A model generated the notes under the pieces. The model worked only from the letters and a program-made list of their open reading frames with translations, was not told the DNA's origin and made no database searches. The translations under genes were made by a program, and so were the position numbers. 64,000 nucleotides of DNA from contig JBGSUI010000067.1 of assembly GCA_041736175.1 (NCBI GenBank), forward strand, positions 15,731 to 79,730, given 5' to 3'. Origin of the DNA: Oligoflexales bacterium. GTDB lineage: Bacteria; Bdellovibrionota_B; Oligoflexia; Oligoflexales; CAIYRB01. This document shows positions 49,359 to 59,346 of this stretch, piece after piece. Numbering within the stretch: position 1 is the first letter of the stretch; each line of letters starts with the position of its first letter.

Positions 49359-49775
49359 TTACTGGCGATTAGACCATAGCAGTTTACTCGTTTCACTATC
49401 ACGGATTACCACTTCCCTTGGTCCTGATAAAGAAACATTAAAAAAACCTTCCAATATATTTCTAAGTGATTGATTGTCAATTTTCTTTTCAAAATCCAAT
49501 ATTTTTTTCTCTATTAGAATAGTTTTTACTGGTGAGACATATCCCTTAACTTTCTTGATAAGACTATAGGCGTAGGACTCTGGGATATTTGCAACGGTAG
49601 AGCGTGTGATAAACACTTGATGACTTTTGATGAATTTTTCTTCAAATCCAATAAATCCAGCTTCTTGAAATACCCGTTTCAAACCAGCAGATAACCCTCC
49701 GCCGTTTGATTTATAATTAAGAAATTGACGCTCTGATTCACTAAGACGAAACTGTGTTGGAATAAGTTCTGACAT
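49359..49775 (-). CDS. Hypothetical protein, possible N-terminal ribbon-helix-helix DNA-binding domain
   Basis: TQFRLSESERQFL...LSAGLKRV pattern; SD GAGGTG; AT-rich. Confidence 0.6.
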   Translation of the reverse strand: MSELIPTQFRLSESERQFLNYKSNGGGLSAGLKRVFQEAGFIGFEEKFIKSHQVFITRSTVANIPESYAYSLIKKVKGYVSPVKTILIEKKILDFEKKIDNQSLRNILEGFFNVSLSGPREVVIRDSETSKLLWSNRQ

Positions 49776-50245
49776 GATTGCACCTCACCAAATACCTTTC
49801 ATGATCAGGGGTGATATACATGTAAATACAGATCTTCGTCAACACAAAATGAGTCTGCTCAACTCAGAAAAAGTATTGTGAACTTTGATCACTCTTGACG
49901 CCAAAGTAAGCCTTCAAGCTAAACCGCTAACTTTTAACCAATCAAGCATTGCCATAAGAGGCTTGAAGGTAAAATTACGTTCCGCAATTTGGGACCTGGA
50001 GGGGTTCACCCTACTTGCTTCGTCCTCCCCTGGGGATGAGGCGCTGTTCCGATCCAATAGTGCCAACGATGACGTCGCCGGTGTTGAGTCCGATACGTAT
50101 CGCCAAACGGCTTCAAGTACTTTGCGAAGAAGCGCATCATACACGTGGGCCGCGATATCTGGAGCTGCTGCTCCGTGGGGTCGAGGCCGAAACAACGGAC
50201 ATCTGCCCGGCGAACTTTAACGTCAGTGCCCTAAAACTTCGCCTT

Positions 50246-51652
50246 TTACGGCTGCCCATTTCTTGCTTGGTAGATTTTCGCCCAAAGTCCCGCACTTGAA
50301 AACCGCTCAAGGTCCATGGTTTTTGCCTTCAAACCCGCTACCCAAGGCGCCTGATCGGCTCCATGGCCGTTCGAGGCGTCACCTGCCTGTGGCGAGGCGT
50401 CGGCAGCCTCTTGGACAAGCGTCGAGGCTTCTGATTCAGGAGAATCGCTTGCGTCAATCGCGCCGTCTTGCTCGTGAATGTGGAAGCTGGGGCCTAGCAG
50501 CTTTTTGGCACATTGTTGAATCATCACGATGGAACTGTAGCCAAAGACCGGGTGTGCCCCATTCGCCTTGAGATGAAACTGAAAGATCCAGCTGTGAAAC
50601 AGCGCCACAAGCGGCGTTTTGGTGAAAAGCACCTCAATGGAGCGCTGCATCATCTCCGGCCAACCGATTTGCCCTCGGGAAGCCTGCTGGTAAACGGGTT
50701 TGCCCAAAGAGATCTCGATTGAGCGCTCAAATAGCAAACCACTCTCCTCGAGCATATTAAACATTTTAATAACCTTAAAATCTCCGGTCACTTTTGCAAA
50801 TATTTGGGTCTGATCCCGCGTGGCGCTCAAATATCTAGCAAGAGTTTTATGGGCCGCAGAGGTTTTCCAATCTCCCCCATCGTACAAGTGGTGATGCTCT
50901 TGGAAAAGAAATCTAGTCGCTCCCCTCTTGGAGACCAGCACACTTGCACATTCCCCTAACTGCTCAAAAAGCGCTGCAAATTGGTGCTTCGCCAAAGAAC
51001 TATTTCGTTGCAACAAGTTTGTCACCCGATTCACGATCGGCATAATGGCACGATTTTTGAGGATAAATTCCAGACAAAGGTACTCTTTATGGTAATACCA
51101 ACCCGTTCGAGGGATGTGTCCGGTATAAACATTAAACAAAGTTTGATTAAGCTTTAAAGAATTTCGACTTTCAAACCTTTGCAACGAATTCAGCGCCGCC
51201 AGGGCCTGATCTGTCTTAACCGCTTCCCAGTTGAAGTTGGAAGATCGTTTTGCCAAGGCATTGGCTTTTTTTGCAATCAGCGATTGCATAACCTCAGCAA
51301 AGTTTATGATGTTTTGCCGGAACTCGTCCCGTGCCATTTCTTGCTTCGCTGATAACGGCTCAGTAACGCTTTCCAACCCATAAAAAACTACCTGCGGATC
51401 CCTATCTTCTGGCAGCACGACGAGCTTGTCCCATGGCACAAATCCCGCCAACCCTTCAAGAGCCTTAAGGACATCCTCCGAGGCCTTATACCCAGCCAAG
51501 TGCGCTAGGGAGTCGAAAGCATGGGGCCAATCGATATGGAGTCCCTTAGCGTCAGGAGTCACCCATGGACTTTGCGCCACAGCCTCATGCCAGATGGCGG
51601 CTAGCATTTCACTTTCACCTGAAAATAGGGGCAAGAATGCCTGATCAGTCAT
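50246..51652 (-). CDS. Hypothetical protein downstream of the SNF2 ATPase
   Basis: 468 aa; SD GAGG; no motif recognised. Confidence 0.75.
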   Translation of the reverse strand: MTDQAFLPLFSGESEMLAAIWHEAVAQSPWVTPDAKGLHIDWPHAFDSLAHLAGYKASEDVLKALEGLAGFVPWDKLVVLPEDRDPQVVFYGLESVTEPLSAKQEMARDEFRQNIINFAEVMQSLIAKKANALAKRSSNFNWEAVKTDQALAALNSLQRFESRNSLKLNQTLFNVYTGHIPRTGWYYHKEYLCLEFILKNRAIMPIVNRVTNLLQRNSSLAKHQFAALFEQLGECASVLVSKRGATRFLFQEHHHLYDGGDWKTSAAHKTLARYLSATRDQTQIFAKVTGDFKVIKMFNMLEESGLLFERSIEISLGKPVYQQASRGQIGWPEMMQRSIEVLFTKTPLVALFHSWIFQFHLKANGAHPVFGYSSIVMIQQCAKKLLGPSFHIHEQDGAIDASDSPESEASTLVQEAADASPQAGDASNGHGADQAPWVAGLKAKTMDLERFSSAGLWAKIYQARNGQP

Positions 51653-51728
51653 GGGGGTCGTTCCTCGTTGATATGGTTAATGCCTGTAGGTCCCTCACGG
51701 TGGTCTTGAGCGTGGGACTAGCTGTGCC

Positions 51729-54700
51729 TTAAGGGTTTCTTAAGAGTTTTTGGCGAAAAATCCCGCGAGGATCTACCAACTGGAGAAATCCTTCGTCATC
51801 AGCGAGATCTTGACTAAGATCGCCCTCGGCCACCGCACCCAATAGATCAGAGCTAAGTTGGCGCTTGCGTTCAAATTTCGACGCTATGGATTCTTCGATC
51901 GTCCCTAGGGTGGTGAACGTCCGCACCATGACGTTGTTGGTTTGACCAATACGGTGAGCCCGATCGGTCGCTTGATCCTCCACGGCTGGATTCCACCACC
52001 GATCAAAATGCATGACGCAGTCAGCCCCGGTCAGATTTAAGCCCGTGCCACCAGCTTTTAAGCTCAAAATCAAAATAGGCGCCTCTTCCCCCTCATCTTT
52101 CATCAAACAGGTGGCATTGAACTCGTCTACCATCTGCTGGCGCTGTTCTGGAGTCATGCCACCGTGCAGGAGATTCGGCACTGGTTTTTGATAGTCCTGG
52201 GAGATCAAGCGGCGCAGGATATCCGCGGCACCGAGATACTGGGTAAAAATCAAAATCCCGCGGCATTGGCTTCTTTGCTCCAAGAGCAGCTCGCTGACAC
52301 CCGCAACCTTGCCGCTGCGCTCCAGCCAGTATTCAAATTTAGATTTGCCATCAAGGCGTAGCTTTTGAAACTGCTTACGTAAGCCCAGGATTTTTTTTGA
52401 CCACTTCTGGCCCTTGAGGGCTCCCTCCCCATCGCCCTCGCCGTTCTCGCCGTTCTCGCCGTTCTCGTCACCATCGTCATCACCTAAAAAGAGCTCGGGA
52501 TGAATGCAAATTTGTTTCAGGTGGAGGATCGCGCGCAGATATAGGGATTTTTTCTTAAACCAGCTTGACTCCTCGGCCCCCTCGGCGACACAGACTTCGA
52601 TCACACTTTGATAGAGAAACTGCTGCTCCTCAGACAGCTCGGAGGTTTCATCTTCATAAATTTTATCGGGCAAACCAAGAGCCACTTGAGGATCTTTTTT
52701 TAGCCGGCGCAAGATCAGCGGATCTAAACATTCCCGCAAAGGAGTTAGCAGAATTTTTTTCTGCTGGGACGTACGGGCTAACTGAAAGTACTGGCCAAAA
52801 CTGCCACAGTCGCCCAAATACCCTGGGTTAAGCCAATCCATCAACGACCAAAGCTCTTCGGCCCTATTTTCTACCGGCGTACCCGTGAGCGCCATCCGCT
52901 GCGTAGCCTTGAGGCTCCTGACCGCATCGGCGATCTGTGTTCCGGCGTTTTTGATAGCATGAGCTTCGTCCAGAATCACCATTCCCCAATCGCTAGCTGC
53001 AAACTTCGCACACTCGATTCTAAGGCGCGGGTACGTGACCAAGACCACCTTGCCTTCAGCTTGAGCGGTCTCGAGATCAAAATTTTCATCGCCGTAATCC
53101 ACTACGGCCAGTCCCGCCCCAAACTGCCGCAACTCCCTGAGCCAATTTAATTTGAGGGATTTAGGCATCACCACCAAAGCAGGCCTGCGAGTTTTTCCGT
53201 GCTGCGACTTTTGCCAGATCCGCAGCAAACTAATGGCCTGAATGGTTTTGCCCAACCCCATCTCATCAGCCAAGCAAATCCCAAATCCCATGGCAAGGCG
53301 CCCATAGGCCCAGGCGATACCAACCGCCTGATAAGGGCGGAGCGTAGACACCAGATCCGGCAAGCGGCCGAGCAGTTTTTGACTAAGATCAGCCAAACTC
53401 AGCCCGTCCAGCTGCTTGAATAACGGGGCAATCTTCATCGTCAGATGCCTCAGATATTCATCCAGCGACATAAGCGGCAGGGTTTTGCTAAGGGCTTCCA
53501 TTTGAATTTTCCAGAACTCGTTCAACCCTACATTTTGGTATTTTGAATAAACTTTTTGCCGTAGCTCAAACTGGTGGGACTTGGCCAAATAGTCTTTTTC
53601 CGGAATAAAAATTTCTAACTCTTTGATATAATACCCACCATTTTTGATCTTCTTGGCACTAAACCACTGCTCCGGCTCGACCTCTTGGCCTCCGATTTCA
53701 AAAAACGGTGCAGGACTAAAGGTCAGCCCCCTTAACGATGCAAAAACGTCTTCGATTCCTTGTAAATCATCTAGGTCGTTTAGATTTCCATTGTTTAGAT
53801 TATAAGAGTTTGCGGCAAGACTTTTTTGGAGTAAATCTAAAAGCGTTTCGATATTAATCCCGTCCATAAACCCGGAATCCGAAGGTTTAAACCGAACCCC
53901 TAACGTCACCTGCGGATGGTCGAGACCACCATCGACCACGCTAAAGAAATGATCCTTATATTTTTCCCCTTTACCCACGTCGACAGTTGGCGTAAACGAG
54001 CCACGCACAAAGTTGCACGGATTGAGTTTGCCTGGGAGAAACAGCTGCAACAAAGCTGATACCGATTCCCAATTATATTGGATTTCCGCCTTAGCCTGAG
54101 TATCGGGGAGCAATAGGGGATTCAAACCCTCGACCGACTGCCGATAGGTTACATGGTTGGCCGCGCAAAACTCAGGGTTTGCAAAGTGTTCAGGAAAAGC
54201 CAACAGCGACTGCAAAAGGTCGATCATCTGCCATAGCCGTCCACCAGGCCAAATCAGCTGGTTTTGCCCGTCGTAGAGATGCATATCATCGGACTGTTCT
54301 TGACCTAAGGCCTCCATCTCTGCCAAGAGCTGATACCGGTCACTCGGTGCTGGAAATTTTTTGGCCCACTTCGTACGGGCTTCTGCCGCCACCTGTGGTC
54401 GCAACACACCCGGAGATACGGTGAGCTGGGCCTGCTTCGATGGGGATAATCGGGCCATGTCGACTGAATCGGCAGTATCCGCAGAATTTTTGGCCTTGAT
54501 CACAAAGGCCGCTGGATGGCCGATGGCTATGGTTGCATGCTGGTTGTAAACTACATTCGCTATGGAACCAGGCTTAAGCCTACGATCTAGCGCCGCAGCC
54601 ACCAAGGGGAGGTTTCCCGCCGCTTCGCTGTGGTAGCCATTTTCCTTACTAAAGTGCAGTAATAACCGCCAAAGAAATCCAGTGACTGCCTTGCTCCCGT

Positions 54701-55787
54701 TATGACTCAATGACCCTGAGCCAGTAAAGCCATTGACCTGACTGCGATTGATTTTTTGCTTAAAATCATTGAATGCCTTACCTCCAATATCCGGCAGCAA
54801 CAGCCAGTTGTGCGAATTGGAAAAAACAAAGTCATGAACTCCTTGCGGCAGACCAAGACCATAAAAATTCTGCACGCTTATTTTATTTCGCAGACTCTCC
54901 AAGGCCGTTTGCTTCTTTTTAAACCAGGTAGACCATTTAACCTTCCGCTGTGACATGGCATCAGCTTCATCAACTTTAGTATCTGTCATAATTGCCGTGA
55001 TTTCCTGGTTGGTAACGACCGTCAGCTGATTTTCGGTATGGGCTCTTTTGACTGCGCTATGAAAATCATTCACACACTGCAAAGTCCTGAGAAAATCATC
55101 GGTGAGTAAACCAGGCTGCCAATCCTCCAAGGTAAGCAGCGTCGAGATCACCTTCAATAAAGAGCTATTGTCTGCAAAGGTGAGACAAGGCAGCCGATGG
55201 GGTCGCCATTTGGGACTGTGGTTTGCGCTGTATAGTTGTCTCGCCGCTATTTCTGGATCGAACCAGATGGGATTTGGGGGTGGAGTGTCTTTTGGATGTT
55301 CACCATAAACTTCCTGCACGGTTTTTGGTGCCGTAGCGATGATATGGTCCAGTGCCGCCGGACCAGGCATAGGTATCATCGAATTCAAGGATGGATAGAT
55401 AAAATTGATAATCTCCATCCGCTGCCAATTCAATTGGGGAATCAGCTTGTTGAAGCCACCATCCCGGGCAAGTTTTATAACTTGTTGAGAATACTCGGAA
55501 AGGCTTTTTATTTTCACGCCTAACGCTGGAACAATAGGAACCACAACCAATTGGTGCTGATCGGTAATTCCGCCATGAATGGTTAAATCAGCCAATGTTC
55601 TCAGGTAGACTTCACTAGGTTCAAAACTCTTTTTGTCAATTTTTTTCGGCTTTCCTTGCGCCGCAGAGCCCTTGGAACTGGTCGATGAACCTGAACGTTT
55701 GTTGGAGCCAACTGCAGAGCCAATAACAGAACCATCCATGAATTTACCCATCCTAATTTGCTGAAAATACTTGTTGAGCGCTGTCAT
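51729..55787 (-). CDS. SNF2-family helicase/ATPase with a long unknown N-terminal region
   Basis: LADEMGLGKT, DEAH, TGTPVENR, LSLKAGGTGLNLTGA, DRWWNPAVEDQATDRAHRIGQ. Confidence 0.93.
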   Translation of the reverse strand: MTALNKYFQQIRMGKFMDGSVIGSAVGSNKRSGSSTSSKGSAAQGKPKKIDKKSFEPSEVYLRTLADLTIHGGITDQHQLVVVPIVPALGVKIKSLSEYSQQVIKLARDGGFNKLIPQLNWQRMEIINFIYPSLNSMIPMPGPAALDHIIATAPKTVQEVYGEHPKDTPPPNPIWFDPEIAARQLYSANHSPKWRPHRLPCLTFADNSSLLKVISTLLTLEDWQPGLLTDDFLRTLQCVNDFHSAVKRAHTENQLTVVTNQEITAIMTDTKVDEADAMSQRKVKWSTWFKKKQTALESLRNKISVQNFYGLGLPQGVHDFVFSNSHNWLLLPDIGGKAFNDFKQKINRSQVNGFTGSGSLSHNGSKAVTGFLWRLLLHFSKENGYHSEAAGNLPLVAAALDRRLKPGSIANVVYNQHATIAIGHPAAFVIKAKNSADTADSVDMARLSPSKQAQLTVSPGVLRPQVAAEARTKWAKKFPAPSDRYQLLAEMEALGQEQSDDMHLYDGQNQLIWPGGRLWQMIDLLQSLLAFPEHFANPEFCAANHVTYRQSVEGLNPLLLPDTQAKAEIQYNWESVSALLQLFLPGKLNPCNFVRGSFTPTVDVGKGEKYKDHFFSVVDGGLDHPQVTLGVRFKPSDSGFMDGINIETLLDLLQKSLAANSYNLNNGNLNDLDDLQGIEDVFASLRGLTFSPAPFFEIGGQEVEPEQWFSAKKIKNGGYYIKELEIFIPEKDYLAKSHQFELRQKVYSKYQNVGLNEFWKIQMEALSKTLPLMSLDEYLRHLTMKIAPLFKQLDGLSLADLSQKLLGRLPDLVSTLRPYQAVGIAWAYGRLAMGFGICLADEMGLGKTIQAISLLRIWQKSQHGKTRRPALVVMPKSLKLNWLRELRQFGAGLAVVDYGDENFDLETAQAEGKVVLVTYPRLRIECAKFAASDWGMVILDEAHAIKNAGTQIADAVRSLKATQRMALTGTPVENRAEELWSLMDWLNPGYLGDCGSFGQYFQLARTSQQKKILLTPLRECLDPLILRRLKKDPQVALGLPDKIYEDETSELSEEQQFLYQSVIEVCVAEGAEESSWFKKKSLYLRAILHLKQICIHPELFLGDDDGDENGENGENGEGDGEGALKGQKWSKKILGLRKQFQKLRLDGKSKFEYWLERSGKVAGVSELLLEQRSQCRGILIFTQYLGAADILRRLISQDYQKPVPNLLHGGMTPEQRQQMVDEFNATCLMKDEGEEAPILILSLKAGGTGLNLTGADCVMHFDRWWNPAVEDQATDRAHRIGQTNNVMVRTFTTLGTIEESIASKFERKRQLSSDLLGAVAEGDLSQDLADDEGFLQLVDPRGIFRQKLLRNP

Positions 55788-55810
55788 TTACGGCGAGGAG
55801 GACGTCACGA

Positions 55811-57364
55811 TCAAGTCGCTTCGTGGAGCACTTCCCGGATCATCGCTGGAATCGAACGCTGCTGGTGGTCGTAGATGTTCGGCGCATAAATCCGCCGGAT
55901 ATGGATTCGGTCCTGGTGATTGAGATTCGTATGGTCCTCAATGGGCACGATGCGAGGAAACTGTCCGTCGTCTTTTTTGATAAGTCGCAACAGATTTCGC
56001 GAGATTTCATGGGGCCTACGGGCTCTAAAGGTCGTGAGTGAGCTTTGGGATGAGACCACTTCGTAGGGCACTTGAATGCTTTCAAGCACCTTGCGGGATT
56101 TTTCGATCACAAGATTGGCATGTTTCTCGTCATGGGTGTTAACCTCATAGACCCGCTTCCAAAGCCTGCGGGTCCTTAACAAATGCATAAGCTGGGTGCG
56201 AAACCCCTGCTGCTCTTCGGCTCTAAGGAGCTGGTGGGAGGCTTGGGTTAGAGCAACTTCGATATTATATTCATCTAAGGATGCGTAGCTGTTAACATCG
56301 GCAGGTAGCTGCCAGCCACCGAGCTTTCGGGATAAATGCTGCAGCATCGCCTCACATGCTACCGAAGTCTTATGAAAATAGAGCTGCAGATACATGGAAT
56401 GCCTCGCCCTGAGGAAATCCTCAAAGGCAGCCAACCCCGCAAAGTTGATAGCCAGATGACACCCAGCGTCTTCTGGATTGTAGTAGAGGCACAAAGAGTC
56501 CAGAATTCGCGGCAGATCGAAGATACCGTAGACAACCCCACATTCTCTAGAATCGCGCGACAAGTAGTCCATCCGGTCCACATCAAGCTCGCCAGAGATG
56601 AGTTCGTGACAAAGGTGATGTAAACCATGGAGCTTTAGGGGACTCCCCTCTTCAGGTTGGATTTCTGGAGCAAAGACCGCAAGGAGATCGCGGCTTGAGA
56701 TGGGAACCATTGTATAAGGGCCTTTGGCAGCTTTTCTCTGAGTCAACGGCTCCAAATCCCGCATCAAGCGGTCGATCATCAGCAGCGAAAAAATCTCATG
56801 GCGCACCGTCACTTTGCTGGGATCTTTGCCCCCATCCGCAAGGTTTTGGACCATCAAAGCGAAATAATCCCGAAGGTAACCGGGAGTTTCTTTTGAAAGA
56901 TTTTGAATCACCGTGGTCCAGCTAGGCAAAAAGCGTTCGCCGCTATGGGAGTAAGGCGGATGCCCCACATCGTGTAGCAAACCTGCAAGCCTTAAAACTT
57001 GGAGCACATAGGGCGAGGCAAAAATCGTCTCAATCAGTGGAAACGTGGGTCCCAGGAGGCCATGGACCAGGTCACCTTTAAGCTCTTGTTCCGCAAAATC
57101 TCCAAATCGTTGGCAGGTGAGGGCCAAACGCTGCTGATTAGCTTTAAGTCTAGTCCAGGTCTCCCCTGCTAGCTGCATCACACCGAGAGAATGCTCAAAG
57201 CGAGAATGGGTCGCACCAGGAAAAACATTGCTCAAAAAGGCAAGCTGCCTGATCCGACGTAGCCTTTGGACATAGGGATGATCGATAACCAGATCTTCAA
57301 AGGCCGTTACATCGACGCTGCCGCGGATATTGCCGCGGATTCTTCTCACCACATCTAGATCCAT
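55811..57364 (-). CDS. HD-domain phosphohydrolase (dNTP triphosphohydrolase-like)
   Basis: QRLRRIRQL, HSRFEHSLG, LLHDVGHPPYSH, DVDRMDYL, YFHK. Confidence 0.9.
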   Translation of the reverse strand: MDLDVVRRIRGNIRGSVDVTAFEDLVIDHPYVQRLRRIRQLAFLSNVFPGATHSRFEHSLGVMQLAGETWTRLKANQQRLALTCQRFGDFAEQELKGDLVHGLLGPTFPLIETIFASPYVLQVLRLAGLLHDVGHPPYSHSGERFLPSWTTVIQNLSKETPGYLRDYFALMVQNLADGGKDPSKVTVRHEIFSLLMIDRLMRDLEPLTQRKAAKGPYTMVPISSRDLLAVFAPEIQPEEGSPLKLHGLHHLCHELISGELDVDRMDYLSRDSRECGVVYGIFDLPRILDSLCLYYNPEDAGCHLAINFAGLAAFEDFLRARHSMYLQLYFHKTSVACEAMLQHLSRKLGGWQLPADVNSYASLDEYNIEVALTQASHQLLRAEEQQGFRTQLMHLLRTRRLWKRVYEVNTHDEKHANLVIEKSRKVLESIQVPYEVVSSQSSLTTFRARRPHEISRNLLRLIKKDDGQFPRIVPIEDHTNLNHQDRIHIRRIYAPNIYDHQQRSIPAMIREVLHEAT

Positions 57365-57395
57365 TGGTCGTTTCCATCCCTGTTCAAAAAACCCG

Positions 57396-58505
57396 TTAGG
57401 AGTAGTAGCTAAATTTAGCCTCTTCAAGACTGCTATAGCCTTTCATTTTGAGTTCGGCAGCGGTCTCTAGCAAAATCCGTGTCACAGCCCATGGCCCTTG
57501 GTAGACGAGAGCCGTGTAGAGTTGGACAGCTGACGCACCGCGGGCGATTTTGTTGACCACATCGATCCCCGACAAAATCCCCCCTGCTGCTATAACAGGG
57601 AGATGACCTTTATGCACCCCATAGGCCCACTCTAAACAAGTGTTAGATGCTGCGGTGAGCGGATGGCCACTTTGTCCGCCAGCCTCTGGAAAGTGTACCC
57701 GATGGGTGTTGCTAAGGATGACCCCTTGGTACCCGACGTCGGCGATCGCTGCGATCAAATTTTGAAAGTCTTTTTTGTTTAGATCAGGGTCGATTTTGAT
57801 CCAGACTTTAGGCAGAAACCCTGCCCCCAGCTCGGTGCCAAGGACCTGGACAAACTCGGGCGTGGCCAACTCCCGGAGTCCTGGAGTGTTTGGCGAAGAG
57901 ATATTGATCACAAAGTATCGGGCGAGGTCACCAAAGGTCTCGACAACTTGCAAATAGTCGGCCACTGCTTTTTGGTTGGGTGTGTCTTTGTTTTTACCGC
58001 AGTTAACCCCGATGGGGACCTCGTCATGATTCCACCTTAGGAGCTTAAGCCTCGCGGCGACCCGCGAGGCGCCGTCGTTGTTAAACCCCATACGGTTGAT
58101 CAACGCTTTTTGTTCGGGGTAGCGAAAAAGTCTAGGTTTAGGATTGCCGCTTTGGGCCCTAGGAGTCACAGTCCCCACTTCGATCATGGAGAAGCCGAGC
58201 TGCCTAAATCCCTTTGGGGCTACCGCGTTTTTATCAAACCCAGCGGCAAGTCCAATGGGATTTTTCAAAGTCCCGATCCCAGGCACTTTGACTCGCAAAC
58301 CGACCTCTGTCCGGGGCGGGGGAGGCTGCAGCCAAGCTGGCAAAAGCTGGTGTTTGAGGATTTCCAGACCGATGTCATGGGCCACTTCGGGAGGCAAAAG
58401 CCTTAACAAGCCCGTTCCCCAGGCACTGAATAATTCTCCCCAAGACTTTTGATGGTAAAGCTGGAGCGACTCCGGGTCTCTATAGGAACTTTGATGGGAT
58501 ATCAT
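57396..58505 (-). CDS. pyrD: Quinone-dependent dihydroorotate dehydrogenase
   Basis: PEVAH, GLAAGFDKN, GNPKPRLFR, INRMGFNN, NISSPNTPGLR. Confidence 0.95.
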   Translation of the reverse strand: MISHQSSYRDPESLQLYHQKSWGELFSAWGTGLLRLLPPEVAHDIGLEILKHQLLPAWLQPPPPRTEVGLRVKVPGIGTLKNPIGLAAGFDKNAVAPKGFRQLGFSMIEVGTVTPRAQSGNPKPRLFRYPEQKALINRMGFNNDGASRVAARLKLLRWNHDEVPIGVNCGKNKDTPNQKAVADYLQVVETFGDLARYFVINISSPNTPGLRELATPEFVQVLGTELGAGFLPKVWIKIDPDLNKKDFQNLIAAIADVGYQGVILSNTHRVHFPEAGGQSGHPLTAASNTCLEWAYGVHKGHLPVIAAGGILSGIDVVNKIARGASAVQLYTALVYQGPWAVTRILLETAAELKMKGYSSLEEAKFSYYS

Positions 58506-58638
58506 AAAAAGACCACTCCCCTTGGACAAACTGAATCGTCGAGGCCCGTTAAGACACGGCCCTCAGTAAGAGTGGCTATCACAAATTAACGACCAATGTC
58601 GAGCCTTTACGACTTCATCCTGGGCCGTCCCCGAGATT

Positions 58639-59346
58639 CTAAACACCAAGGGACATCAGCAGTCTTTCAGGCTCAAAATGCCGCCCGTGGAATCCAAAGG
58701 ATTCGTCGATATTAAAAGGAATATCGCGCACCGGGAGCTCCAGAGCAAACTTAGCCGCAAGAGCTAAAGGGGCAAACCGTATCCCTTTGCCTGTAAGATA
58801 AGATCGCAGCAGACGACAAATCACAAAATCCTCCGGGAGATGCCCAAAGATTTCGTAATTGAGGGCAGCGCAGGCTTCGAGGAGTCGGCGACTGCGCAGA
58901 CTAAACCCACCATTGCCGACGCGGCCTCCTTGGGAGAGATCGTAGATAGTAAAGTCAGCTCCTAATCGCTGAGCTGTGGTATCCGGCCAGGGGGCACCGA
59001 TATAGTCGTACTCTAAAAAACCCATGTCCCAAGCAGCGCTGTTGGTGACAAATCCGTCGGCCTGGACGAGTAAACAAAAATCAGTGTCAACATAGTCAAC
59101 AAGATTTTTGAAAATAAAATGTGAGTATCCCTCATGGGAAACGATAGGATCAATCCTTACAGATTCTATGCGCGGATCAACAAATTTTGGTTCTAATGGC
59201 GTCAGGAGTTTGGCTGCGCCAAACCTAAGGTTTCTTTGGGAGTAAATAAGGGCCTTATGGGCCATTTCGGTATTGAACATCTCTGGTCGACCGTCGACCG
59301 CGATGAGAGTGATTTGCTCAAGAGAGGCCAGTTGATTCGGTTCCAT
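58639..59346 (-). CDS. DUF5672-type glycosyltransferase-like protein
   Basis: YDYIGAPW, VGNGGFSLRS, PEDFVI, FGFHG. Confidence 0.82.
   Translation of the reverse strand: MEPNQLASLEQITLIAVDGRPEMFNTEMAHKALIYSQRNLRFGAAKLLTPLEPKFVDPRIESVRIDPIVSHEGYSHFIFKNLVDYVDTDFCLLVQADGFVTNSAAWDMGFLEYDYIGAPWPDTTAQRLGADFTIYDLSQGGRVGNGGFSLRSRRLLEACAALNYEIFGHLPEDFVICRLLRSYLTGKGIRFAPLALAAKFALELPVRDIPFNIDESFGFHGRHFEPERLLMSLGV

Noticed and set aside
49885..50299. Overlapping short ORFs on both strands, possibly a frameshifted continuation of 50246-51652
   Set aside because: The in-frame continuation has two stops, and no frame shows a recognisable motif or a good SD.
52425..52485. GENGENGEGDGE microrepeat in SNF2
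   Set aside because: In-frame 9-nt repeat in an acidic loop; ordinary low-complexity sequence.
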